Part shown: positions 27,130 to 36,576 of the stretch, piece by piece
Position numbering within the stretch: the stretch's first letter is position 1
Layout of the letters: every line of letters begins with the position of its first letter
From: an uncultured Gammaproteobacteria bacterium
GTDB taxonomy: Bacteria; Patescibacteriota; Microgenomatia; JALYQM01
Reading direction: 5' to 3'
Assembly (NCBI GenBank): GCA_964403585.1
Contig: CAYOFQ010000001.1
Location: 1,152,826-1,216,825, forward strand
Length of the DNA stretch: 64,000 nucleotides
The notes under the pieces: generated by a model
What the model saw: only the letters and a program-made list of their open reading frames with translations
Told to the model about the DNA's origin: nothing
Databases searched by the model: none
Made by a program: the position numbers and the translations under genes

Positions 27130-28629
27130 TTATTTATACCCGATATGGCTCTTCGCCTGTGTTGTTTGGCGACGGAGTTCTATAGCGCGTTCGTATAATT
27201 TCTTGTATTCCTGGGCTGATTTGGTCCACGAAAAATCCTGCAGCATTGCCCGCTTTACCAAATTGTCCCACTCCTCTTTATGTTTATACGTCTCCAACGA
27301 TCGAACGATACTGCCAAATAAGGCAAACGGCTCGTAATGATCGAAGACAAACCCGGTTCCCTGTTTAGTAACCGGATCATAATCGGATACCGTATCGGCC
27401 AACCCTCCGGTATTACGAACCAGAGGAATGCATCCATAACGCATAGCTTCCATCTGTGTCATACCACACGGCTCAAAGCGGGATGGCAATAAAATTACAT
27501 CCGCCCCGGAAAAAATATGTCGTGGCAACGTAAAATTAGGGTTAAGATTAACTCCGACCTGATACGGATATCGTTTTGCCAGCTTGGCGAAAAATTCTCT
27601 AAAACGGTTGTCTCCACCACCATTAACAATCAATTGAACAGGAGCATATTCATCCAGTACCGGCTCAATAATCTCAGTTACCAAATCTATTCCCTTTTGT
27701 CCGTCCAAACGGTTGGAAATAGCTAGAATTGGCGTTTCTTCATCTTCAGGTAACTGGAACTCCTTTTGTAAAGCACACTTATTAATTTTTCGTTTCTCGA
27801 TATTTTCTGAAGTAAAATTTTCGACCACCAATTTATCAGTAAGCGGATTGAATTCGTCATAATCAATGCCATTAAGAATACCAAATAATTTAGTTCGAAG
27901 TTCCTGCAATAACCGCTCTAACCCTGCACCATACTCTTCAGTTAAAATCTCAGCTGCATACGTGGGTGATACAGTATTTACAATATCCGAATACATTATT
28001 CCCCGGCGCATCATGTTGATCTTTGATAAACGTGGATCATAAAAACCCGGTATCGTACTTTTGCCGTCATCAAAATCCAGGTCGGAAACAAACCGGTAGT
28101 CGTACATCCCCTGATAAGCCAAATTATGAATGCTATACAAAGTCACAATTTGTGAAAGTTTTGGATCCTGTGCATACTCAGTTGCCAGCATTTGAGAAAC
28201 CAGCGCCGTCTGCCAGTCATTACTGTGAATAACATCCGGAACCCAAGCATTTTGATCATGCCGGAGAAATTCAAGCGTTCCTCGGCACAGGAGCGTAAAC
28301 CGCATCGGGTCATCAAAATAACCATACTCGTTCGCCCGCAATTCATAATATTCCTGGTTCTCCAGGAAATAAGTTGTACGGGCTTCACTCTGGCTCATTT
28401 TTACATTACAGATTAAATCGTTAAACCCTTCTTGAGTCGGAACATGCAATCCATGCAGAACCGTATTCATTTGAGCTTTTTTTTCGTCAATTTTCCCATA
28501 TTTAGGCATCATTACCCGAACATCTATTCCGGTTTTTTGTAACTCTTTGGGAAGAAAGTAGGCGACCCGACCGAGCCCTCCGACTGTCGAATAAGGTGTT
28601 TGTTCAGTTGCTAGATAGAGGACTTTCAT
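27130..28629 (-). CDS. second GT5 glycogen-synthase-like alpha-glucan synthase (tandem paralog)
   Basis: MKVLYLATEQTPYSTVGGLGRV; 499 aa; translationally coupled to glgA. Confidence 0.8.
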   Translation of the reverse strand: MKVLYLATEQTPYSTVGGLGRVAYFLPKELQKTGIDVRVMMPKYGKIDEKKAQMNTVLHGLHVPTQEGFNDLICNVKMSQSEARTTYFLENQEYYELRANEYGYFDDPMRFTLLCRGTLEFLRHDQNAWVPDVIHSNDWQTALVSQMLATEYAQDPKLSQIVTLYSIHNLAYQGMYDYRFVSDLDFDDGKSTIPGFYDPRLSKINMMRRGIMYSDIVNTVSPTYAAEILTEEYGAGLERLLQELRTKLFGILNGIDYDEFNPLTDKLVVENFTSENIEKRKINKCALQKEFQLPEDEETPILAISNRLDGQKGIDLVTEIIEPVLDEYAPVQLIVNGGGDNRFREFFAKLAKRYPYQVGVNLNPNFTLPRHIFSGADVILLPSRFEPCGMTQMEAMRYGCIPLVRNTGGLADTVSDYDPVTKQGTGFVFDHYEPFALFGSIVRSLETYKHKEEWDNLVKRAMLQDFSWTKSAQEYKKLYERAIELRRQTTQAKSHIGYK

Positions 28630-28720
28630 ATAGTGTCAATGGTAACTCTTTTACCATAAGTACACAAGTGATCAGGTCACGCAGGTTGACTCTCCCTTCT
28701 AAAAAAACTACCCTAGTAGT

Positions 28721-30670
28721 ATGAAAAAGCATCTCCTTTTGGCCTGCGTAACATTTATTTTCAGTACCCTAATATATGGAGTTCTAACACAATCAAATCT
28801 TGGTAGCGATATCCAACGTCAATCTGAAACATTTGCGGCCGGTACAACCTACTATGTGGATTGCTCGAATGGTAGCGATGCTGCTAACGGAACATCCGCC
28901 AACACCGCATGGAAAAGTTTAACCAAAGCCAATGTCGCATCGTTAAGTCCCGGTGACAAGTTGGCATTTAAAAGAGGATGCATCTGGAGCGGACGACTCA
29001 AGGCCGGTTGGAAAGGTACTGCAGCGGCACCCATAACTATCGGCGATTATGGAACCGGAGCCCTACCAAGTATCCAAACTCCTCCCTCTTTAACATCGAG
29101 CCGCGTAGAGGTAACGGGCGACTATCAAATCATCGAAAACCTTGATGTTCGAACAATCAATACGCAAGTAGATCCCAACTGCCGGAATCAAAGGATCGGG
29201 TATTTCGTTGGATTCAATTTCATCGGAACAAGTGCCAATAATATTCTGAGAAATACTAAATCCAGCGGTAATACTATCGGTGTCCAAATTCATGACGACA
29301 GCCACCATAATAAAATTTTAAATAATGAAATGTTTAATAACGGAGTCATGAATAAATTAACACCCGACCCTTCACCCGACCTTGGAGCGTGGGGTATGAA
29401 TCTCCGCGGCGATGACAATGAGATTGCCTATAACTATATCCACGACAATAACGGGGTATGCGCCTATGATTTTAGCATTCAGCCGGGAAATGCCATCGAA
29501 CTGTATAACGCCGACCGCAACCTGATTCACCATAACAAAGTAATTAATGACCGTGTTTTCTCAGAAGTTGGTCATGACGGTAGTCATACTGCCAACGACA
29601 ACGTTTGGGCATACAACATCTTTATCAGCAACACCAAAACATCACGTTTTCTGGTATTACACGGAGCCAATAGTTCCTTTGGACCGGTTCTGCGCAGCAA
29701 AGCCTTCAATAATAGTATATATCTGTACGGACCAACAAGTACCGGTATTGGCAGCAGCGATAATGCAACTATAGTTAAAAACAACATTGTTGTCGCAACA
29801 GACCAACTTACCAGTTCCACAGAGATTAATCAAAGTAATAACATTTGGTGGAATCCTAACGGGCCCGCCGTTGTAAAAAAACTTGGACCGGGTGATCGAA
29901 AAATTGATCCGCAATTCGTCAATCCCACCCAGGGCGATTTACATCTGAAAGCAACCAGTCCTGCCATAAACGCCGGGACCACAACCGGACTGAGCCTTAG
30001 TACAGATTTTGACGGTAATACTGTTCCCGTTGGAACTAACTATGATATCGGCGCCTACGAATTTACGACCGGCACTACTCCCTCACCATCCTCAAGTCCA
30101 ACACCAACACCTACTCCAACTCCATCACCAACTCCCAGTCCAACATCAACCGTAGCTCCGACTCCTACACCAACAGCCGCGCCGTGCGCGAATGACAATT
30201 TATTTACTATCGTCCCGTCAGTGAACTATACCTTTTCCAAAGGTTGCTTAACTATCGGATCAACAATCTATAGTGATGATACCCGGTTCACCTATTTCTC
30301 CCTGCCATCATATCTGCAAAATCTACCAACCGTAAAAACCGGCAATATTGCGGAAAAAAGCGACCTGAACCTTAATTTTGGTATTCGAGCCAACTCCCCG
30401 GTTAAAGTCTACCTGATGTACCGTAAAATACCGGGCCAGGGAGTCCCCACATGGATCACGGAAAAATTTACTAAGATCACGTCTGAGAGCTACGAGAATT
30501 TGCCCGAGTTTGCGCTACGAAAAAATGAGCAGGGACTTATTGGGGTGTACGATATCTACGAACAGAAAACTAGGCTTGTCGCCGGAGAAAGTTTGGCTCT
30601 CGGCCCTGCTTCAGATACTACCCATACAGCCTTCTCTATGTATTTAGTGGCTATAGCACCACAACAATAA
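28721..30670 (+). CDS. secreted right-handed beta-helix (pectate-lyase-fold) protein, T/P-rich linker, C-terminal novel shared domain
   Basis: Signal peptide; repeated NN..G, IHDNNGV and HHNKVIND beta-helix rungs; linker PSPSSSPTPTPTPTPSPTPSPTS; C-terminal 155 aa paralogous to the N-terminal domain of the 1711..3300 product. Confidence 0.6.
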   Translation: MKKHLLLACVTFIFSTLIYGVLTQSNLGSDIQRQSETFAAGTTYYVDCSNGSDAANGTSANTAWKSLTKANVASLSPGDKLAFKRGCIWSGRLKAGWKGTAAAPITIGDYGTGALPSIQTPPSLTSSRVEVTGDYQIIENLDVRTINTQVDPNCRNQRIGYFVGFNFIGTSANNILRNTKSSGNTIGVQIHDDSHHNKILNNEMFNNGVMNKLTPDPSPDLGAWGMNLRGDDNEIAYNYIHDNNGVCAYDFSIQPGNAIELYNADRNLIHHNKVINDRVFSEVGHDGSHTANDNVWAYNIFISNTKTSRFLVLHGANSSFGPVLRSKAFNNSIYLYGPTSTGIGSSDNATIVKNNIVVATDQLTSSTEINQSNNIWWNPNGPAVVKKLGPGDRKIDPQFVNPTQGDLHLKATSPAINAGTTTGLSLSTDFDGNTVPVGTNYDIGAYEFTTGTTPSPSSSPTPTPTPTPSPTPSPTSTVAPTPTPTAAPCANDNLFTIVPSVNYTFSKGCLTIGSTIYSDDTRFTYFSLPSYLQNLPTVKTGNIAEKSDLNLNFGIRANSPVKVYLMYRKIPGQGVPTWITEKFTKITSESYENLPEFALRKNEQGLIGVYDIYEQKTRLVAGESLALGPASDTTHTAFSMYLVAIAPQQ

Positions 30671-30683
30671 CTACATAAAAAAA

Positions 30684-30702
30684 TACCCCGGATCCCGGGG
30701 TA
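30684..30702. terminator. bidirectional terminator hairpin (perfect palindrome TACCCCGGATCCGGGGTA) between convergent genes
   Basis: A-run upstream and T-rich downstream; lies between the beta-helix gene and ftsH. Confidence 0.6.
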
Positions 30703-30726
30703 TTAAATTCTTTAGAAATCACTCTC

Positions 30727-32619
30727 CTATGCAGAAGGTTCGGTAAGTATCTCCGGACCACTGGGAACTTTTAGTTCACCACCACGTAGAATACCGGTTA
30801 CTTCGGCCATAATATCACGGAACCGGTCGGCATCAATCGTTTCTTCCTTCATAAGCGCTTCGGTTACCGCTTCCAAACCTTTTCGGTAGGTAGTCAAAGC
30901 TTCGTCAGCCATATCGGAAGACTTTTTCAATATCTTTTGCACCTCTTCATCAATACGGGCCATTAAATCATTTGAATAATACTCTTTTACATCATCGTAA
31001 CCATACGAACCTCGCTTTTCAGTAGAAATAGGACCAAGATCGCTCATTCCATACATCGTAACCATGTCCCGTGCCAGACCATTCGCCTTCTCCAAATCGT
31101 TGGATGCGCCGATTGTTAACTCATTGTACACAAGCTTTTCCGCTGCGCGTCCACCGAGCATTCCTGCGATCAATTCAAACAGGCGGGTACGTGTATCATT
31201 ATATCGGTCCTGTTCCGGTGTAGCAGTAGTAAATCCGAGCGCCATACCCCGCGAAACAATCGAGATTCTATTGACAGGATCGAGATGTTTCATTGCCCAC
31301 ATCACAACTGCATGCCCTGCTTCATGATAGGCAGTCATTCGACGATCTTCTTCAGACTGCATTCGCTTACGCTCAGGACCCAATTTCACCTTGAGAGCAG
31401 CATTTTCAATATCATGAATATCTATAACTTTCTTGTTCTGACGGGCTGCCAATATCGCCGCTTCATTAAGCATGTTTTCCACATCGGCACCGCTAAATCC
31501 AACCGTTCTACGGGCTATGCGATCAAAATCAATATCCTTGGCCATAGATTTACCACGGCTGTGAATACGGATTAATTCTTTACGGCCGTTTATATCCGGC
31601 AAATCCAGGTGAACAATACGATCAAAACGTCCCGGACGCAGTAACGCTTTATCCAGCATATCCGGACGGTTCGTTGCAGCAAGAACAATCACATTATCAT
31701 TTACGGCAAAACCATCCATTTCTACCAGAATCTGGTTGAGTGTTTGTTCGCGCTCATCATGACCACCTGAAAACCCGTTCCCACGCTGACGGCCAATCGC
31801 ATCTATTTCATCAATAAAAATAATTGCAGGACCACTTTTCTTTGCGGTAGCAAACAAATCACGCACACGTGATGCGCCAACACCAACCAACATTTCCATA
31901 AATTCAGAACCGGCAACCGAGAAGAAAGCGACATTCGCCTCTCCCGCCACAGCTTTGGCTAATAAAGTTTTTCCAACACCCGCCGGCCCGACAAGTAATA
32001 CTCCTTTCGGAGTACGTGCTCCAAGCGCATGAAATTTTTCCGGCACTTTTAAGAACTCCACCACTTCTTCCAATTCGGCCTTAGCTTCATCAACACCGGC
32101 AACGTCAGAGAATTTATTACGGGGTTGATCTTTATTGAACAGTTTAGCGCGGGATTGGCCAAAGGAAAAAAGTGAACCTTGCGATTCACGTGCCTGCCGG
32201 AAAATTACAAAGAAAAATCCGACAATCAAAAGCATCGGTAATACGGTAGTTAACAAATTAATCCAGGCATCGCCAAAAGATGAATCCTTAACCGTAACAC
32301 TCACCGACTTGGGATCAATTCCCGAACTTTCCAAAGTGCGCACAATGCTTTCGTTGTCTTTATAGGTTACCTTTTCAGCATTATCTTTATATTTCGCGCT
32401 AATCTTATTTCCTTCTACCGTTAAGCTTTTTACTTTATCCGCTTTTACGTCATTAAGTACCGTGGATAACGGAACTTCGGAACCTCCTGCAGAAGGATTA
32501 AGCAACGAAACAATGATTAAAAGGCTTATTAGACCAATAACCGAGGATAAAAGAAATCCTTTCCATCGACCACCCGGTGGTTTCTCTTTTGGTGTAGCAG
32601 AATCATTTTTTAATGCCAT
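30727..32619 (-). CDS. ftsH: ATP-dependent zinc metalloprotease FtsH
   Basis: N-terminal TM plus periplasmic domain, AAA Walker [19 protein letters not shown] zinc motif; 630 aa. Confidence 0.9.
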   Translation of the reverse strand: MALKNDSATPKEKPPGGRWKGFLLSSVIGLISLLIIVSLLNPSAGGSEVPLSTVLNDVKADKVKSLTVEGNKISAKYKDNAEKVTYKDNESIVRTLESSGIDPKSVSVTVKDSSFGDAWINLLTTVLPMLLIVGFFFVIFRQARESQGSLFSFGQSRAKLFNKDQPRNKFSDVAGVDEAKAELEEVVEFLKVPEKFHALGARTPKGVLLVGPAGVGKTLLAKAVAGEANVAFFSVAGSEFMEMLVGVGASRVRDLFATAKKSGPAIIFIDEIDAIGRQRGNGFSGGHDEREQTLNQILVEMDGFAVNDNVIVLAATNRPDMLDKALLRPGRFDRIVHLDLPDINGRKELIRIHSRGKSMAKDIDFDRIARRTVGFSGADVENMLNEAAILAARQNKKVIDIHDIENAALKVKLGPERKRMQSEEDRRMTAYHEAGHAVVMWAMKHLDPVNRISIVSRGMALGFTTATPEQDRYNDTRTRLFELIAGMLGGRAAEKLVYNELTIGASNDLEKANGLARDMVTMYGMSDLGPISTEKRGSYGYDDVKEYYSNDLMARIDEEVQKILKKSSDMADEALTTYRKGLEAVTEALMKEETIDADRFRDIMAEVTGILRGGELKVPSGPEILTEPSA

Positions 32620-32757
32620 AGTATCTCCCAGAATTATTACTAAATGAATATAAAAAGTATACCATGTTTGCAGTCCGCGGGAAAGAGTGCGAGGTGAAAA
32701 AGCGCGGGAAAGCCAATCTTTTACCTGAGCACGGAAATATGATATAGTTCATGCTAC

Positions 32758-32832
32758 GGTGCGGTGGCAGAGTGGCCAATTGCAACGGTTTGCAAAACCG
32801 TAAAACCGCCGGTTCGAATCCGGCCCGCACCT
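32758..32832 (+). tRNA. tRNA-Cys (anticodon GCA)
   Basis: Acceptor GGUGCGG/CCGCACC, anticodon loop UUGCAAA, T-arm GCCGGUUCGAAUCCGGC, discriminator U; no CCA encoded. Confidence 0.8.
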
Positions 32833-33043
32833 CCGAGCCTTTCCGCTTTACTAAGAATTAAGGGCGAAGGACCCCGTGAGTCATGCGAGCGGGGTCAAAC
32901 GAGAAAGCTTCCTTTTTACTTTCAACTGCTTGAGGGACCCTGAGCGCAGCGAATGGGTCGAGAGCCTTTCCTATTAACTATCAATCTGCGGGTATCAAGC
33001 GCTCGCATTTGCACAACGTTTCTCCATCTGGTAGCATTTAACT

Positions 33044-33541
33044 ATGCAAGAACATCCAAACCTTTCAGACATTGAAAAAGCCACTCTTAACAAGACAATT
33101 GTGGAAATTAGTCACCTTTTTATTGGCGATCTGCTCTGCAACGCACTGGAAAAAGATATCGAGAAAGCACAGAACAATCGGGATCGATTGTGGCTTCAAA
33201 CCACGGTAGACTCAGGAATTTTTGAAACCCGGGCGTACTGGATTCGCAAAGAACTCAAATCGGCCTACCCAACCACCACTGCACAACACATCGCCAAAAC
33301 AATGTTTTATCATAATAATGTTGGGCACACCGCCGAATTTTTAACATATATGACCATTGCCTACGCGCAAAGAAATAATTCAACTGATTATGTAAAGCAG
33401 GCAACCGAAATACTAAACCTGTCAGGAATAGAATACGGTCTTATTGATAAAAAACTGGAGTTCCTGACAATATATGAGCTCGTAGAAGCTGTGCTCACCG
33501 CACCCGTTATTTGGGATGACGGCGAAGCCGAAAAAAAATAA
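33044..33541 (+). CDS. hypothetical protein
   Basis: 165-aa ORF; no recognised motif. Confidence 0.4.
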   Translation: MQEHPNLSDIEKATLNKTIVEISHLFIGDLLCNALEKDIEKAQNNRDRLWLQTTVDSGIFETRAYWIRKELKSAYPTTTAQHIAKTMFYHNNVGHTAEFLTYMTIAYAQRNNSTDYVKQATEILNLSGIEYGLIDKKLEFLTIYELVEAVLTAPVIWDDGEAEKK

Positions 33542-33542
33542 T

Positions 33543-33911
33543 ATGTACCTGGGAATTGACTACGGAAAGAAGAAAATCGGACTAGCTGTTTCTGAAGGGA
33601 TTACAGCATCAGGACTTGGCACGATCAGTAATTCACCGTCGCGCCTGCAGCAATTGAAAGAGAAGCTGGCCGAACCGGTTGAAGTGATAGTAATGGGATT
33701 ACCTAATTCCCCGCTCGATCAGGAAATACGGCTATTTGGCGAAGAATTACAACATGAATTCAAGTGCACAATCGTTTTCGAGGATGAAAGTTTTTCCACG
33801 AACGAAGCATTGCAATCAATGATTCAAAGCGGGGTTAGCCAAAAAAAGCGCCGCAGGGATGACGCCGGTTCAGCAGTAGTTATATTAGAGAGATACCTGG
33901 AAAAATTATGA
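33543..33911 (+). CDS. ruvX: Holliday-junction resolvase-like / pre-16S rRNA nuclease YqgF
   Basis: MYLGIDYGKKKIGLAVSEG is the YqgF/RuvX N-terminal signature; about 122 aa from the internal Met. Confidence 0.8.
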   Translation: MYLGIDYGKKKIGLAVSEGITASGLGTISNSPSRLQQLKEKLAEPVEVIVMGLPNSPLDQEIRLFGEELQHEFKCTIVFEDESFSTNEALQSMIQSGVSQKKRRRDDAGSAVVILERYLEKL

Positions 33912-34459
33912 ATAGTAGTTCACGCCTGAGTAAACTATTAATGGTAAAAAAAGAAAACCGGCTTAAACGGATAGTCAAAAATCTGTTTATTTCCCGGATG
34001 GAGGAAATTCCGTTTATCGTCTTTCTTTCATTTCTCATCACTTTCGTTATTGCGCGAACCTACGTTTACATCACCACACATGATCTCCTGGAGTTGACAT
34101 ATCTAATTGATCATGTATATATCAACGGCATACATGTTCATCACTTGAATTTTGGAATTTTCATTTTAGTGATCGTCGGGTTTGCCGCCCTGTATGATTT
34201 GCGGCCGATTATCCATCGTCGCCTGGCTATTCTCTATGGAGTTGGTCTGGGATTGACTTTTGATGAATTCGCTTTATGGTTAAAGTTGGAAGATGACTAC
34301 TATGCCCGGTTATCATATGAAGCAATCATCGTAATTGCTTTAGTTCTCCTCAACATTATTTACTTCCCCGGATTTTGGCGCAGAAGAGGGTCTCAGGTAA
34401 AAAGTACCTGGCTATTTATTTTCCGTGTGATTTCCAAACCATTTCGGCGAACTCATTAA
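33908..34459 (+). CDS. integral membrane hypothetical protein
   Basis: Four hydrophobic helices; the 3' end overlaps the convergent GT4 gene. Confidence 0.4.
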   Translation: MNSSSRLSKLLMVKKENRLKRIVKNLFISRMEEIPFIVFLSFLITFVIARTYVYITTHDLLELTYLIDHVYINGIHVHHLNFGIFILVIVGFAALYDLRPIIHRRLAILYGVGLGLTFDEFALWLKLEDDYYARLSYEAIIVIALVLLNIIYFPGFWRRRGSQVKSTWLFIFRVISKPFRRTH

Positions 34460-35504
34460 ACACCCGTTTAAACGTTGCAGTGGAAAAACGAACTGAATTT
34501 TTTATTATCTCTTTAGAATCAAAACTCATTCCCTGAAACCGCTTAACCGCTGCTTCTATTGACGCAGACGCAGGGGAATCAAAAAACACTCCCGTCGTGT
34601 CCTCGATAACCGTTTCACGATAACCTCCACTGCGCAGAGCAATAACCGGTCTTCCGTATCCCTGAACCTCAGCTAATGTCATACCAAAGTCTTCGTTTTC
34701 GGTAGCCACAACCAGAGCACGACATTCACGATACAATTCTGCTCGGGTTGTATCATCAACATATCCTAAAAATTCAATATTCTTATGAGCAATAGTCTTA
34801 AGATAGTGTAGCTGTGATCCGGTACCGGCCACTTTTAAAGGTAAATTTAAAGCATTAAAAGCACGAATAATCAGCTCCACATTTTTCAACCGTTCCAGTC
34901 GACTAACCACCAAAAAATACGATCCGGCCGAAGTCACAGGCAATTCAACTGTATTTGTTACCGTGGGGGGATATATTACTTCGGCATCACGCTTATAATA
35001 GCGCTTGATTCGCTCCTGAACCACCCTCGAATTTGCAACAAAATAATCGACTCGCTGTGCGGCGGCAAAATCCCATTGACGAAGGAATGTATCTACCGGA
35101 CTTAAAAGAGAATGTACAAATTTGCGATGAGAGTTACGATTAATTCCCCAAATAAATCGGGTCGGTGTATGGCAATAGTCTATATGCACCTGTTCCGGAT
35201 TAGTAAGCACACCCTTAGCAGCAAATGAAGAAGAAGAAATAATTAAATCATACTCCCGCAAGTCAAATTGTTCAAAAACCCACGGCACCGCGTACGTATA
35301 CCACAAAAAATGGCTCCGAATCCCCCACCACTTCTGCATAACCGATGTCCGGATGTCCCAGTTTTTAAATGAATCAGGTAAAGCATCGGCAAAATAATAT
35401 GACGTATACACCGGAGAATCAGGATACATTTCATGCAACGTCTCAAGCACCCGTTCAGCTCCCCCGTATTCCCGCAAATAATCATGAACTAAAGCAACTC
35501 TCAT
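34416..35504 (-). CDS. GT4-family glycosyltransferase (group 1)
   Basis: ENEDFGMTLAEVQGYGRPVIALRSGG (E-x7-E motif). Confidence 0.8.
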   Translation of the reverse strand: MRVALVHDYLREYGGAERVLETLHEMYPDSPVYTSYYFADALPDSFKNWDIRTSVMQKWWGIRSHFLWYTYAVPWVFEQFDLREYDLIISSSSFAAKGVLTNPEQVHIDYCHTPTRFIWGINRNSHRKFVHSLLSPVDTFLRQWDFAAAQRVDYFVANSRVVQERIKRYYKRDAEVIYPPTVTNTVELPVTSAGSYFLVVSRLERLKNVELIIRAFNALNLPLKVAGTGSQLHYLKTIAHKNIEFLGYVDDTTRAELYRECRALVVATENEDFGMTLAEVQGYGRPVIALRSGGYRETVIEDTTGVFFDSPASASIEAAVKRFQGMSFDSKEIIKNSVRFSTATFKRVFNEFAEMVWKSHGK

Positions 35505-35524
35505 AGTTTGTTATACTGTACTCG

Positions 35525-36325
35525 ATGCTCAAAAATACTAAGCTCCTCAATTCTATCATCTTAGGTAGCGCACTGCTATTGTTGTTCGGATTTTTCGTAC
35601 TAACCGTTGCAGCCAAATATAAACTCACCAACTCCTTTGATTTTGATACAACCGTACGCATCCAGGACCACATGCCTGAACGGCTAAAACCATATTTAAT
35701 CCGCTTCGTGGAATTGGGCAGCTGGCAGGTCATGTCGGTTGCAGTCTTTATTTCCATGCTTATACACCGGAAGCACTTTTGGAAAATCGGTATTCTCTAC
35801 ATTCTAATCGTCGTCATCGAAGTATACGGAAAGTATGAACTCCGCCACGCTCCACCTCCGGAAATGTTTGTTCTCCGTTTTGAGCATCTTAATTTACCTG
35901 ATCATTACGTACGCGATGAAGCCTCTTACCCCTCCGGACATGCCGCACGTTCCGCCTTTCTCGTCTTCATATGGATTCCCTACTTTTTCCACAATTTAGT
36001 AAGTTACGTTAAACGCCACACTGAAAAAACCGGCACCGATTTTAAATTAAATTTACCATTCGGTTTCGTACTAACCAGAGAAAACGCAATGTCATTTGAA
36101 ATAGTCGACTTCACCCGTATCTTTTTATTTTTGGGAATATTCTTAGTGTTACTATCTTTTACTTTTCTGGTTGGCTTTACCAAAGTGTACATTGGCGAAC
36201 ATTGGATGAGTGATGTACTCGGTGGGTGGATGTTAGGCGCCGGATTCGGAATAATCGGATCAACTGAAATATTCAAATTATTTACTTTAGATAGGAGTAA
36301 TCCTACTTCCATAATTGAGTCTTAG
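35525..36325 (+). CDS. PAP2-family phosphatase (lipid phosphate phosphatase)
   Basis: PSGH motif (SYPSGHAARSAF) and H...D motif (EHWMSDVLGG); multiple TM helices. Confidence 0.8.
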   Translation: MLKNTKLLNSIILGSALLLLFGFFVLTVAAKYKLTNSFDFDTTVRIQDHMPERLKPYLIRFVELGSWQVMSVAVFISMLIHRKHFWKIGILYILIVVIEVYGKYELRHAPPPEMFVLRFEHLNLPDHYVRDEASYPSGHAARSAFLVFIWIPYFFHNLVSYVKRHTEKTGTDFKLNLPFGFVLTRENAMSFEIVDFTRIFLFLGIFLVLLSFTFLVGFTKVYIGEHWMSDVLGGWMLGAGFGIIGSTEIFKLFTLDRSNPTSIIES

Positions 36326-36576
36326 GGATAGGCGACATTCTTCGTCATACCGTAAACGACGTCTGATGGCAGAGCAGATCGGAGGCCGCAGGTCCTGTAA
36401 GGGCGAAGACAATTTGTCGAGCCGAAGATCCTGAGCTATAGGCGAAGGAGTTTTAAACGCGAGCAGGATACATAAAGTGCGAAGCATTAAGCGTGTCGCT
36501 TCAAGAATTTGCGATAAGAAAATAGTACTCTTCGGGTTGACTTCGTATCACAAAACTCGTATAAGAGAGACACGTC

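Noticed and set aside
30060-30190. TPTPTPSP-encoding tandem DNA repeats as a satellite or VNTR
   Set aside because: They are in-frame low-complexity linkers within secreted proteins (also at 2600-2660, 11160-11230 and 13520-13545), typical of surface proteins.
32603-32830. 75-aa minus-strand ORF
   Set aside because: Entirely overlaps tRNA-Cys and the ftsH upstream region; spurious.
36326-36490. Possible CRISPR array (short GCGAAG-containing repeats)
   Set aside because: Repeats are only 9-13 bp, imperfect and irregularly spaced, with no cas genes; better explained as binding-site iterons or a dispersed motif.
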